This document shows positions 37,101 through 49,749 of a stretch of DNA of 64,000 nucleotides, piece after piece. The notes under the pieces are model-generated. The model saw only the letters and a list, made by a program, of their open reading frames with translations, made no database searches and had not been told where the DNA came from. This DNA comes from Anthoceros angustus (taxonomy: Eukaryota > Plantae > Anthocerotophyta), in the NCBI GenBank assembly GCA_010909165.1, contig VJWM01000007.1, positions 1 through 64,000 of the forward strand. Direction: 5' to 3'. The first letter of the stretch is position 1, and every line of letters begins with the position of its first letter. Position numbers and translations under genes: made by a program.

Positions 37101-38822
37101 CACCCCAGAAGAGTACCGAGGAGGGCAAAGATGGGTCGCTCAGAGTGCTAACACGAAGTAGGTCCCTGCCCAACTCAGTGTCAACCGACTGGACTCATGC
37201 TGATACAAAGGTTAGGAAGCCTGGAAGTATGTCCGTGGGCCAGACCAGTGATGTCCCAGAGAGATCCAGACCTGTGAAACCAAGTGACTCACCAAGGATT
37301 CGACCCTTGGCTAGTAAAGCAGATGGCATAGTTGGCCACTCGCAGGAGAGCGGTGGTGAAGGAACACCAACCAGTTCTGAAGTCTCATCTCAAAAGTTAA
37401 ACCTACAGGAAGCTGCAAATCAGATGGAAGGTGCAAAAGACCACGCCCAGCGAAGGGAAGAGGTGGTCTCGGATGCTGTCCCTCTAGTGAATCCCAGCAC
37501 GTGTGAGGTCCGGACCTCTGAGATGTCCGATGCTTCACAGGCATGTGTCAATTCTGTCAGCGACGCCCATGGACCTGAGCCAACAGGTCAAGTCCAATTC
37601 CAGGAGCCCAGCCAGAAGGTCGTCGAGACGAGCAATGACTGTGAGGCAAAGGTGAATGTCCTGTTGTGGTTCTGCTTCGTTCTCCTTCGTTTGTGTGACT
37701 TGGTAGACACGGCTTTTCTCACTTTACTTTCTCCAGCAGGTGGTACAGGAAGCCCGGGAACTCTGGCCCCTTTCATCAGATGGTTTGGACAATGCAGACG
37801 GCGCTTCGGAAGCCAGTGTTGAAAAGGGTGGTCAACCCAGTCCTGTCTCAATTCTCGATTCTCCGTTTGAGCAGGAGAGTCCACAGAGCCCTCCAGCTGA
37901 TTTCCAGGAAGTTGCATCCGACCTTCAAGGTGAGTTTGCATGATGATTCTACTTGTGAAATCTGGCTCGTGGCTGTGCAATCCTTGGACTCCATCTTTGA
38001 CACGTCGGTTGTACAGAGTTGCGCCTGAGGCTCCAGCTGTTGAAGCTAGACGGCATCGAAAGGCCAAGAGACGATCTAGGAGATCAGGAGCAGAGTGCAC
38101 CAAGCTTGGGAGTGCTGAACACGAGATTAGCCACAGAGGAGGCTGATCGTATAAGCGCTGAAGCTGCTGCCATCTCCTCCCAGCTGTCTAGACTGGATGA
38201 GGATGCCTACAACATCTCAAGTCTGAAGTGTCCAAAAGGCAGAGAAGCTGATATGGCATACGTCCGAGACCTGCTTGTGGTCTCAGGTTTTGCTGTGGGC
38301 ACAGCTGCAGCCTTGTGCCGGTGGTTTTCACCCTCCCGGCCCTTGGACATCTGTCTTTTCGACAAGTTGGAAGACTTCTATTGCAGTTCTCAGGCAACGA
38401 AGAGAAGTGCAAGGAAGACGAGCACTTTACCAGAAGAGGAGCAACAGCAGATTGACACAATGAACAGGCGTATCTTGTTCGAAGTCGTCAACGAGGTTCT
38501 GCTGAAGAAGCTGGGGCCTTATCTCAACCAGCTTCCTTGGGTCAAGTCGCCGAAACTCGCCCTGCGCCCCACCCCGACGGAGAAGCAGCTGGTCCAGGAG
38601 ACATGGGACGAGATATGCACTTGTCACATGCCCATAGAGGGTCCGAACTATACGTTAGAGAACATGGTGGAGAGGGATCTGAAGAGGGGAAGGCAATGGA
38701 TGGCATTCCAGGAGGAGGCTGAGCAGGTTGGCATCGAGCTGGAGGGCCAAATTCTGGGCGACCTGATTGAAGAGGCAATTCACGATCTGCTATCGCGCCA
38801 GAGCCCAATCAAACGGATCTGA
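34181..38822 (+). CDS. TRM: TON1-recruiting motif (TRM)/LONGIFOLIA-family protein with DUF4378 C-terminus; start codon not determined
   Basis: Exons 34181-34333 (GCMGGMLQFFD), 34422-34969, 35069-37651 (GVVARLMGLEALP, IVILKP), 37740-37929 (QPSPVSILD) and 38017-38822 (RRILFEVVNEVL, GIELEGQILGDLIEE); splice phases are consistent. Confidence 0.9.
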
Positions 38823-38944
38823 GAAGTCTGGGACACGGATCGTCCGCACAAAGCAGCTGATGTGTGCTAACCATGTGGACCTTAAAAAGCTTAACGCTGA
38901 CTGCACCTTTTGCTGTATATGTGTTGCAACTTGTGTATAACCTT

Positions 38945-38990
38945 AGCCACAGCCACAGCCACAGCCTAGCCTAGCCTAGCCTAGCCTAGC
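38945..38990. repeat. Compound microsatellite (AGCCAC)3(AGCCT)5
   Basis: Read directly from the sequence, just downstream of the TRM stop. Confidence 0.9.
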
Positions 38991-39779
38991 CACCGAGCCC
39001 TCCATCTGTACTGTAGCGCAAATGTCTCAACCAAGGCAGTCGTCACTCTGCTTGACCACACTCCAGTTGAGAAGTTTTGCTAGTGTACTAGACAGAATTT
39101 GATATCCCCTTGTATTCTATGGCAAGGACTGTAGCAGAGGATAGGAGACTGCATCTCCAGCTCCACTGCGCCCGGCTCTATACCAAGCAGTAAAGCCAGC
39201 CTTCAGTTTCTTCCTTCCTTCCTTCCTTCTGCAACGACCCAGGCGAAATGGAAAGCGTAGAAAACAAATTTGTTTCTCCGCATGAAAAAGCGGATTACCC
39301 CTCCTTTTTCTGGGGGACAGAATTATACAACACATACTTAGGAAGCAAAGATGAACTTTGATCTGATAAGGAGGCGCACAGTGAGCTCGGGGGAAATGGG
39401 AACACTCTTGTTCGGGGGACAAGGGGAAAGGGAAGAGGAGCCTGCAGCAAAACCCCGAGATCCGTGAGAGAGCCCACCAAAATTCCAAGCCACCGTCACA
39501 GCACGATGCACGTGAGCCATAGAGATAATCTGATCATTGAGCCACTCAAGATCAGAGACGAGCGCGTCAACCACGCACTTGTCAAGGAGCATCGGAGAGA
39601 CAGGCCTTCCAATTGTGCATTATCCTCTTGTTATCATGAACATGGCACGAATGAGGGGAGGACGTGGCGCCCAACTGCTAGCAGAGGCTCCTGTTTCAGT
39701 TCTCCAGCTCCCTGCATGCATCCGTGGTCACTGCGTGACGAGGCTGGAGACTGGAGGGGCATTCTGGAAGCAGCAGTTG

Positions 39780-40000
39780 GACCTGTGAGTCCACCCGCAA
39801 CGTCCACCCACCTTTCTGCCTGGCTGCAACCTTTGCCAAACCAGTCGGATGTTGCCATTTCGTGTTTGCCGAGGATTCTGAGAGGTTGTGTCAGGCACAC
39901 CTGTATCCGCCTGTCTGAGCATTCTAGGTCACCACATCCTTTGTGTTTGTTCATGCTTTCAAAAACCTGCCGTGCTTCTTTCACTTCACCACATTTTGCC
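39780..40000 (-). pseudogene. PPR repeat remnant
   Basis: KCGEVKEARQVFESM followed by KDVVT*NA (Trp codon changed to stop) across a frameshift. Confidence 0.55.
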
Positions 40001-41712
40001 CCTTTGCTTGCACATTTTTGGCCTTGGCCTGCGAGGTTGCCGAGACTATGGGGTACCTGTCAAAGAGCATGCGTCATTTGCTTGCTTGCTGCAGGGCTGC
40101 AGGTAGAGCCTTGTTGATACCTGTTGCTTCATGTCGACAGGGTGATCTCGCTGATCTTGATTGCTGCAGCACAGAAGTTGCATCAGGCTCAAATGACTAC
40201 ACATGTATACGAGTGGTAAGGCTTCTTTGTTTTCACGCTTGGCTAAATCCCATATGTCTGCTTGACGTGGTTGCTCATAGTGTGATGTTGGTTTGTACTC
40301 TACAGTGGCCTCCCTGATGGGTAGATACGCTGTTTGTGTGCTGCGCGTTCATCAAAAGCCTGTGACACAATTTCAATTTAGCCCACAGCAGAAGAACCAC
40401 CTGCTCTCGTCAGTGCTTCTCGTCAGCAGAAGAATCATCTGATGGGTACCCTGTTTTTGTGCTGCGCGCTCCTCAAGATGTGCAAGGTTCCAACTTTGCA
40501 TGAAAATTGTCGTCTCTGGAATGTGGCCATCTACAACGGCTTCACGCCAGCATATGCTTCGTCCTGACAAAGACGCCGGTATGTCAAGCACAAGGTGTCA
40601 AAGCTAAGTGCCCCGGCCATTCCTTATTTCTAGAAGCTTTAAGCTGTGCAACGCTTGACAAGCAACCGTGCTTCAGGTGTGAAGATGGTTAGCTTACGTA
40701 GGCAAGTGTAAGTGTCTTTGTGGTTAGGGTAGCATTTGTGATAAGATTTCAGAGGATTGTTTCGTCGTTTTATAATGTGTTGTTATCCCTGCAGATGAAA
40801 GGCAGGAAAAAGTCCAGGAAAAGAAAGGATGTGAAGCTTTGAAAGAAGACGTATCATTTGAGAGTCCCAAACCCATCACTGCCTCTCAACCGTCTAGAGG
40901 TGGAGGGGCCCGCCCGGAGGGTGTCAACTTCTGGCGGAGTCAATTTGATCGTATGGAGATATCCGCTTTGTGCTTGCATTCATGGCTAAGATATGCCTTC
41001 TGCTGTCCGAGTATCTGGGCAGAACTGGCTTGTGGCATTAGGGGAGTCTGAGTGGCGTCTGTTTGGCTTGCAGACTGCCGGATATATGGCTGGAATCCTG
41101 TTAATAATGGCATGCTCGTCCACTGCTTGACAGGCCACACATAAGCGGTGGTGAGCCTATCTATCATTTCCAGAGATGGTTATTTTTCAAACCGATGTTG
41201 TGTGAAAGGGATGCAGAGTTGATCAAACTTGATTGTGAATCCGTACAGACTTTTGTGTTGGATGTCTACCCTTTTGATCCAAGGATAGCGAGGATTGCTG
41301 GATATGCCGGCCGTGTAATGATCTGAGATGTAAGTTGCTCTACCAAACTGTGCTACCTGGACAGAAGCATGCATTCAATCAAACTATTTATGATTACATG
41401 TCGTTCCACACCGTTTTGAGTTGTTTCAAGCGTAATGGAGTTGGTAGCCCTGTCAATGGGCTGGTGATGGAACTGTCATTTCTTTTGTTGTAATTTGGTC
41501 AGATTTGTTTCTGACACGTGCTTTGAACTCGGTACTCAGATCTGGAAAGGTCCTTGCATTGCACAATTTGAGACTGGAGACTTTGAATTGGTTGATGGCA
41601 ATTCCTTTCCGTGTGTGTTCTAACCGGATTAGTTGAAACCAGATCGACATGAGTATCCTGCCACAGATTTTCATGGCGCAGGTGGTCAACATCTCAAAGG
41701 TGGGAATGGCCG

Positions 41713-42203
41713 CTACTCTCCGAACACCTCCCCTCCTTGAAACGTGAGATGCGTCCTCGTCCCCTCCGTCTCCGAGACCGGATGCTGGACCGGCACCTCG
41801 CCCCACCCAGGCATGGTCTTGCTCACCTGCATCAAGCATGCACCACACGCCATTGATTTCAGCCTCAGCCAGGCTAGGCTGCAGCCACAAGAATCGAGCA
41901 CCACTACTCACTGACGTTCACCTGGAAATCAGTAGGCTCCTCCTGCGCTCGGGCTGCCTTGTCCTTGGTCACCTCCTTGGGCTCTGCGGCGTGGAACTCC
42001 TCGCCCGACCTGCGATCGTCGGGGATGGAGCTTCGTGTCAGGGGATCGTTCTCGGGTGACCTCACAGGGCTGACACCGTAGGTTGGCTCCACTGCTTGCC
42101 GCTGGCTGTTGCTGTGCAGAAACCGCAGCTGCTGAACTCCACGAATAGCCTGCCGAACAGGCTGACAACATTTCGAAGACGATGAAATCAGGTGAAGGTA
42201 CAT
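41713..42203 (-). CDS. Putative small two-exon gene (~131 aa), unknown function, possibly organelle-targeted
   Basis: Exon 42203-41922 (MYLHLISSSSKCCQPVRQAIRGVQQLRFLHS...EEPTDFQ), GT-AG intron 41921-41827, in-frame exon 41826-41713 (VSKTMPGWGEVPVQHP...GGEVFGE*). Confidence 0.5.
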
Positions 42204-42399
42204 CGTGATCAATCCGCCACAAGCTGCACCCACCACGAGACTTGAGCCCAACTCGTTGGAACCCACGAACGCTCCGACGGCATGGCCATTTCCGCTTCCA
42301 ACGTGTCCTTGGAAAGGGCCGCCATTTGTCGCCGACTCCAATATTTCAAGGTCCGCTGCGTTTATTTCCGAGCACACAGAGTTTGTTCTTATTCCAAAA

Positions 42400-44411
42400 T
42401 CAAGAACTAAAGTTTTCTATGAAGTTGATAACCTCTTGGTTAACATCCGAATCTAAACTATTGCTGTATAGGAAGTCTGCATGTCCATAGTTGGGGATTT
42501 GCCGACTTTGCGGTGGAACAGGGAGCTGTGTAAAGAGGAAGGTCACATCCGCTGGTGTTGCGAATTGATCATTTCCTCCATAAAATATTAGGATGGGGAG
42601 AGTTGGGTTCACATTGCCTAGGAGATAAGTTGGTGGAATATAGGATTCATAGATCTCCATGTTCCGATTTGGTGTCCCATAATCATATGCTTGAAAGTTC
42701 TCCAAATTCATGCCTGCAATTGGGATTAACCACAATACAATTTATTAGTAATCTTTTTCATGTAATTGCTCTTATGATACTTGAAGTATCTATAATACAA
42801 CACTTACTTTGAGTAAGATGAGCAATAGCTTTTGTGGAAGTACAAGCATGAGATCCACTATAAAGGTCGAAGACTTTATCATTGTCAATACAACAATTAG
42901 GACCTGCATAAAAATAATACAATATATGAATATAAATTAAAAATAAATTTATTTTATATAATACAACAATGAGGTTAAAATGAAAACCAGTTAACGTCTC
43001 CAAAGCTAACTTCTTCACGTTTGTGGAGTTGGGAAGACTGCCAAATGATTGACCAAAACTGCACGAATATTTGAAAACTAAGAATAAGGAGAAATATTAA
43101 AATAAATCATAAAATAAATTTACTAACTAAAAAAGAATCAAATATATTATCCACTTACCAACTCAAACAAATACTTGGGATCCTTGAGTTATAAGCTATC
43201 TGTTATTCAAGAATATAATTATTTGGGTAAGATAAATATTTTATAGTGGATTTTAATAATTACATATAATCAAGCAAGTATTCAAAATATAATTATTTGG
43301 GTAAGATAAATATTTTTGTTATGGATTTTAAAAATTACACATAATCAAGCAAGTATTCAAAGAAACTTACACCCCCCAAGTTAGATGCTCGAATTGCTAA
43401 AAGAAGAGGAGCACTAGCTTTAGCCACAAAAATAACGGGTGCCAACAATATCATGGAAGCAAAATAATCATTGCCTTGATAGCTTACAGCTCCAAGTCCA
43501 ACTCTAGCTCCCTGTGTATCAAAAATAAGAATAAAAAATTTATATATATATATATAATTATTTAATTATTTTAAATATATGTCATAGATTACCTGTGAGT
43601 AGCCTACAAAGTGCATTTTGCGCCCTCCTGTGTATTGATAGATATAGCTTGTTAAAGCAGGCCAATCGTAGTTTGCAAGTTCATCTCCATCCCAATCCCA
43701 AAATTCCTGCTCATGCCATGTTCGGTTCGTCTCAAATTCTTGACTAATTTAACATAAAGTACATAAGTTCTGAATTTGAGAATACAACTTACAAATTGAT
43801 TGGGGTTAAGAGTTTGATGCCCAAATGTCCATTTGCTAGATCTCTCATTACCAATCCATATACTATAACCCTTTGCAGCAAGTGCAAATGGCGTAGGATT
43901 TGTGGAGACAAACCAAGAATCCCCACCAACAAATGTACTATGTAGAAACAAGACATGGCCAAGTGGTGAAATAGTGCCATCCGAATTAACTTGCTTATTC
44001 AGATCATTTCTCACAATATTTTGCAGAGTGAGAAGAAAACCATTTGAGAACACCTGCACCACCAGCAGCATCCGACAAAGAGTGTGAACAAACTATTAGA
44101 TCATCTTGTATTGATAACAAGAGCAAAGAAGAGAGTGAAATATCTCATCCGACAAAGAGTGTGAACAAACTATTAGATCATCTTGTATTGATAACAAGAG
44201 CAAAGAAGAGAGTGAAATATCTCACCGTATGTTCGGTACAATTATATTGAGGTCCAAATGGTGCTATAATTGATTCACAAAACCCAGTTCCAACCCACTG
44301 TGGAGATTGAGGAGCTCCATATTGCACAACTGGACTAGAGAAGGCTTTAGGAAAGTCCACAAGAGCACCAATCCATGCTAAGGAAAGGGCTAGAAATATG
44401 ATTGCCCTCAT
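42400..44411 (-). CDS. Secreted alpha/beta-hydrolase lipase (LIP1/acid-lipase-like), multi-exon
   Basis: Signal-peptide-like N-terminus; WIGNERSSKWTFGH, FWDWDGDELANYDWPA, nucleophile motif GYSQG split by an intron, YGGNDQ and YGHADF. Confidence 0.85.
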
Positions 44412-45454
44412 GCTTATAGGGACGAGGTAACTTCACAAAATATCTCTCACTGGGTGTGTAGGTATGGATTGGTAGACCTCCCTAGACAAATGCATCCAGC
44501 TTTAGTCGGTACATCGCGAGGAAAGGAGGATGAGAAGATGCAGGCAGTCCAAGGAAAGTGTGAAGAGAGCACAAGCTCAGCTAGTCGTTTCAAAGGACTC
44601 TAAGTAGGAGAAGCTTGTGGACGGACAACTGCCCCAACCGCTGTTATGTGGAACGGAGTAGGTGTTCCAAGACAGGCAAATCAAGGGGTATTTTTTGTAT
44701 CTCAGAAATCGTGGATAAGTTCATTTATATTAGAAATTGGTTCAGTAATATCCGCGTCGCACCTTTTGGCCGGGAGAGGCGTTTCAAGAGGCACACAGGC
44801 GATCGTCCTCGCTCCACCTTTTGGCTTCCAACTGCCGTGCTTCACGTGACAGTGGCAGTTAGTTGCAAGGCACCTTTCACCTGGACGTCCCTTTGCTCGC
44901 TGGTGCCGGCCGGAGCCTGAGGATTTGGCTGCGTGGAGATGGACAGACGGCGCGCGAAGCTTTGTTCACGACCGAACCACTTCCGGCCTCAGAACCGGCA
45001 TGCTTTCCTGTGGATGTGTGTGGCGGGGCTGGCAGCGCTGGCGTCTGAGAGGAGGGAGGAGGAGGAAGAGGAGCACTAGGGTTTGGTCCCGGACGAGCAT
45101 GGCTATGAGGATGCGTGTGCCGTGGGATTGCGCTGGTAGCCAGGTGCAGCAGGAGTGATTCTGCTAAATTCATGGGGACGTTGGAGATACAGTTCAATCT
45201 CAGCGAGGAGGAGGACGATCATTAGGGTTTGGTGTGGGGATGGGATGCAGGTACTGGAGAAGTGCGAGGTTGCAGCTTTGTGCAGGAGGTGTGACGCTGC
45301 TGCATCCGCGGGGACGTAGAGATGGAGTTGCGTCTCAGCAAGGAGGAGGAGGAGTAAGGGTGCTAGGGTTCGGTGTGGGGGGGGATGAGGATGTGTGGGA
45401 GGATGAGAATTGTGCCGCAGTTGTAGCCAGTGCAGCATCCATGGGGACGTAGAG

Positions 45455-46702
45455 ATGGAGTTCAACTTCAGCGACCGGCTGATGCTGTTTGTGGAAGGGC
45501 CGGGCGTTCCACCGCAGCCGAGTTGCAGCAAGATGGAGGCGGAGCTCTGGGGACGGCTCCCGGACGAGCTGATGCTGAAGGTGTTCGCGAGGCTGCCGCT
45601 GTCGGACGCGGTGCGGCTGCAGGTGATGAACAAGGGGTGGAGGAGCATGCTGAGCTCGGACAGATTCTTGGAGCTGCGGGGGGAAGCGCCATCTTCCGTC
45701 TTCTGCTTCTTCATGTTCGGGTTCAAGAAGACGTGCACATGGCCGGGCCCCAACATCTACAACTTCGTCTCCAGCAAGTGGTACCGGCTCACCCTGAGTC
45801 TGGACCCGAGCGCAGCCACAGCGGCGGAGAACGTGGTCCCGGACACCATCTACCCCATCGCCTCCGCGGGGGGGCTCATCTGCTGCTCGGTGCTGAGGGG
45901 GCAGGACCTGCTCTTCGCGGATCTGCAGTGCCTGTTGGTCTACAACCCGCTCACCAGGAAGTCGAAGCAGCTGCCGGAGATGCCCGACGCGCCGTCCTGC
46001 TACCCCATGGTCACCATGGTGTTCGACAACAGCTCCGACTCGTACAAGGTGATCGTGGCCGGCACCACCATCATCACTTACGGCCCCTTCGAGGACCATC
46101 TCCGCACCACCAAGGTCTACGACTCCGCCACAGGGGAGTGGAAGGTGACGGGCCAGGTCCCCGAGCACACCTGCCTCAACAGCGGCAGCAGCGTCTTTTG
46201 CAACGGCTTGCTCTACTGCCTTAGTTGCCGCGACAACGACGTGGACCTGCTCACCTACAGCTTCAGCGAGGAGGTGTGGCGGAAGCTGCCCATCAAGTTC
46301 CCCAACCAGTGGTACCAGTCGGGGCTCATGGAGCACCAGGGCTCCGTCTTCATCGTCGGCGCCTCCCACAACGGCGTGGATCCCGAGAACTTCTGGGTGT
46401 GGGAGCTCCAGGAGAAGGGCATGGTGTGGCGCGACATCGGCCAGCACCACCCCCGCCTGTGCAGGGACGAGTACAAGGTCCTGCAGCGCGGCATCGGCTC
46501 CCACTACCGAGCTGTCAAGCAAGGCGACTGGATCTGCTTCTACATCTTCGACGACATCAGCTGGCCGCCCAAGCTCCTCATCTATGACTTCCGCCTCAAG
46601 ACATGGCACTGGCTCCCTTGCTGCCCCTTCGACGCCGACTTCCACGTCAAAGACTTCAGCCTCCTCCTCCCCTTCGAGCCCAGGATTGACAGCATGGTCT
46701 GA
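45455..46702 (+). CDS. F-box protein with kelch-like/F-box-associated C-terminus, intronless
   Basis: F-box LWGRLPDELMLKVFARLPLSDAVRLQVMNKGW; ASAGGLICC, VYNPLTRKSKQLP, TKVYDSATGEW and SVFCNGLLY; high GC at third codon positions. Confidence 0.92.
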   Translation: MEFNFSDRLMLFVEGPGVPPQPSCSKMEAELWGRLPDELMLKVFARLPLSDAVRLQVMNKGWRSMLSSDRFLELRGEAPSSVFCFFMFGFKKTCTWPGPNIYNFVSSKWYRLTLSLDPSAATAAENVVPDTIYPIASAGGLICCSVLRGQDLLFADLQCLLVYNPLTRKSKQLPEMPDAPSCYPMVTMVFDNSSDSYKVIVAGTTIITYGPFEDHLRTTKVYDSATGEWKVTGQVPEHTCLNSGSSVFCNGLLYCLSCRDNDVDLLTYSFSEEVWRKLPIKFPNQWYQSGLMEHQGSVFIVGASHNGVDPENFWVWELQEKGMVWRDIGQHHPRLCRDEYKVLQRGIGSHYRAVKQGDWICFYIFDDISWPPKLLIYDFRLKTWHWLPCCPFDADFHVKDFSLLLPFEPRIDSMV

Positions 46703-47308
46703 CCCGCCGCCTGCCACCATCGCCCCATTTCTCCCATGCTTTCCCCTCTCATCTCCTTCCTCCTTCTTTCTCCTGTACTCACATCGCCGAGGCTCCAGTC
46801 TCTCTTCTGAACAGTATCCTTGCACTCCATATAGAACCCTAATGTAACCATCCAGCTGCCGGTTCGAACTTGACTTGGGAGTTGAGTCCAGGGCCGGGGA
46901 CTGTGTCGCGCGCCAAACTTGGCCTCCGCTTTCAAAAATGACGACGCTTGCAACCATTCGCCCGCCCGGGCTTCTCTTCTGCCACTAATCTTTGTGGGTG
47001 CTGCATACCTGAATGCGGTTGCCGGCTTGATATGCGTGCCGTGCTGCTGGGTTTGTTGGGTTTGTCAGATGATTGTGCCTGCGTCGGGAATGCGAATGCG
47101 GTGATGGCCTGCACTGCTGCGCTGAGCTTCAGCTGTGGGGTCCGGCAGCGTCTGGGAGGCGGGATCTTGCCTTCGGCTTTTTCTTCTTGGAGGGATTTGG
47201 CGAGTGGCGCGTTGTGGAATGTGAGAGCCGGCTTGGGCGGGAGGTTTCGAGGTTTGGGCTTGGAATTGTGAGGGACATGTGCAGCAGGCTTCACAGCGCT
47301 AGGCACTG

Positions 47309-49463
47309 ATGACAGACGATGCGGAGTCTGACGCACAGAGCTCAGCTTCGGCTTTGCGGGAGGCTCCTTGGATTACGTATAAGCGGCGGAGGCGGTTTGC
47401 TGACGTGAAGAGGTGAGATTCGGCGGGTGCGATTGATGCTGGTAATGCTGGTTTTGCAGGGGGAGAGGAATTCTGGCCTGAATTACGCCGCCTTGTCCTT
47501 GACACAGAAGCTTTGCAATCTGTGCGGAGACCGACTCGGAGGGCTGCGAATCTGCGGAGGTTGGGCTCGGTGGGGAGGATGAGGAAGCAAGGTCGCCGAA
47601 CCACTACGCTTCTTGTCCGAAGAAACAGGCATTGCTGAGGGATGACGACGTGTCGGACATCTACTCTCTTCTGAAATGCCCCTCGGTCATGCATACCTGG
47701 AAGGCTCTTCTGGGCACACGAAGGACTTACCCGCCCAGGAGACGCGTGTGCGGGCAGTATTTCCTGGATTTGGGGCAGAAAGATTTTTCTCGCAGCCAAT
47801 GCTCTGTCTGTGGACTTCTGTATGCTAAAGGCGAAGAGAATGATGAAAAACTGCACAAGGCGTTTCACAGGAGCCAGACTCAGGGGATCCTTTTTAAGGT
47901 ATACTGATGTTGATGGTGATGGTTTTTGGCGGGACATGTCTTTGATTGGCCGGAAAAGTGATTGCAAAGTGGTGGTACTCTGCAGGGATGGAAAACGGAG
48001 AGAGTTGTTGGCAAGCTTGACTGTAAGGGTACGCGAGTGATATGTGTGTTGCCTGATGATCGCTTTCAGCATCAAATCAAGGTGCGTTTGCTGCTGCACG
48101 ATTCATCTTGCACTTATTGCTGGGAGCGTACCCCGTCTTCACGATTGCCCTGTGTTACAGACATTGCATTGCCTAACCTTGATGGTGTTCGTTGATGCGT
48201 GCTTTGTGGATAGGTGAAGGAGGTAGCTGCTGTGGTGGAAGCTGAAATGGGGCTCCTTCCCGGTTGGTTGCTTGAAACTCAATGCAAGGCAAGCAGTTCT
48301 GATATTTGTGCTGCAACTGATGCTGAGGGTCTCACTTATCCCTGTAGCGTACTGAGACCGATCTTGGGCCTTCAGGTGTACCTCTACATCTCTGCAGGGA
48401 AGAAAATTGTGGGCTGCATCATGGCGGAGCCCATACAGGAGGCCTTTGAGGTTGTGCCTCAGAGAGAAGAATGTGGTGACGAGCAAGAGTATGACGGATC
48501 AAACGTCACAGTTGAAAAACGGGATCAGCATTTCAGGGTACAGGATTTCGGGAAAGGGGTCGAGCCATGGTTGCGGAATGTTGCAGTGAAGCCTGAGGTA
48601 CCCGATCCATCCAGATGCGCGGTCTCCTTACTGGGTCCTTGCACAAGAGAAAATCTTGAGGATGTGCAGATTCAGGAACTAGCTCCTGCTCGAGTTGTCT
48701 TGAAGAACACCAAGGTGACAGACTACTTTCTCAAGGCTGGACGGCAGAAGCAGCTGGGAACGCAGAAGCTGATTCCATCAAAAAGGGGCCCTTTTGCAGA
48801 ATCCGGTGCACGCATGACAAGCTCTAGGTTGGATGATTCCCAGCATATCCACAGCTCTAGGCTGGATTACCGCACTGGACATGACCATCCGAGTACAACA
48901 TGTGTGTCCCACATGCTTTCCTCAGGTAACAACTGCGCTGCTAGCAGGAGCAGTTCAGAGCCTGAAAAAGCCTCCCATTCCGAGAGCGAGCCTGCGGATA
49001 CACCCGATGCTTCCACTCCCCAAAATGCCCTCCAAAGACATGCAGCTCAGAAGGATATTTTGCTCTTTGGCAACGTCAAGTTCAATCGGGAAGTGGTAAA
49101 GCGACCTAGCTGCAAGGAGGGCAGAGAGCAAAAGGATTCCGGCAGACCAATAATGTGCAGCAAGGTGCCAGTAGCGGCCGTGTGTGGCGTGCGATGCATG
49201 TGGGTATCCCAGTCGGAGAGGAGGAAGGGTATTGCTTCACGACTACTTGATGTCATGAGGTGAGTTCGCATGCATGGTGTCTTGATTTGCTGTACTTTGA
49301 GCGTCGCGGTTTCCAACGGGACCTTCTGCTCCTGGACAGGAAGACATTCACGATGGGATTCGTCTTACAGCCGCACCAGGTTGCTTTTTCTCAGCCTACT
49401 CCAGATGGTCGAGCGTTTGCACTCAGATACTGTAGGACAGACAAGTTCTTGGTGTATGGTTAA
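47309..49463 (+). CDS. ECO1: Cohesin N-acetyltransferase ECO1/CTF7
   Basis: Exons 47309-47412, 47508-47898 (QYFLDLGQKDF, CSVCGLLY...DEKLHKAFH zinc finger), ~47986-48081, ~48214-48288, 48376-49259 (VYLYIS...GCIMAEP, AVCGVRCMWVSQSERRKGIASRLLD) and 49340-49463 (AFSQPTPDG...FLVYG*). Confidence 0.92.
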
Positions 49464-49749
49464 GTTGGTAGTCCCCCTTCAGCTACCCAGACCCTCTCTT
49501 CAAGACTGTACAAAATTATTTGAGGACAAAAATGTTCCTCTCATTAAAAATTGGTCAACAGAAATATCAGATCAAACTCCGTCCTTTGCAGAAGTCCAAT
49601 ATACCTTTGAAAAACACTTTTTGGAATCCTCTGATAGGAGCAAAGCGCATGCAAATGGACATTCGAGATCAACAAGAAGAAAAAGAATTTTGTGCTTCAT
49701 TATAAGATGAAGAGAGGATATTAAACTCTATTCATTTTCTCTAATACAC

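Noticed and set aside
45335-46957. 540-aa minus-strand ORF
   Set aside because: Antisense shadow of the GC-rich F-box CDS; no recognisable domain.
47299-48099. 266-aa minus-strand ORF
   Set aside because: Antisense to spliced ECO1 exons.
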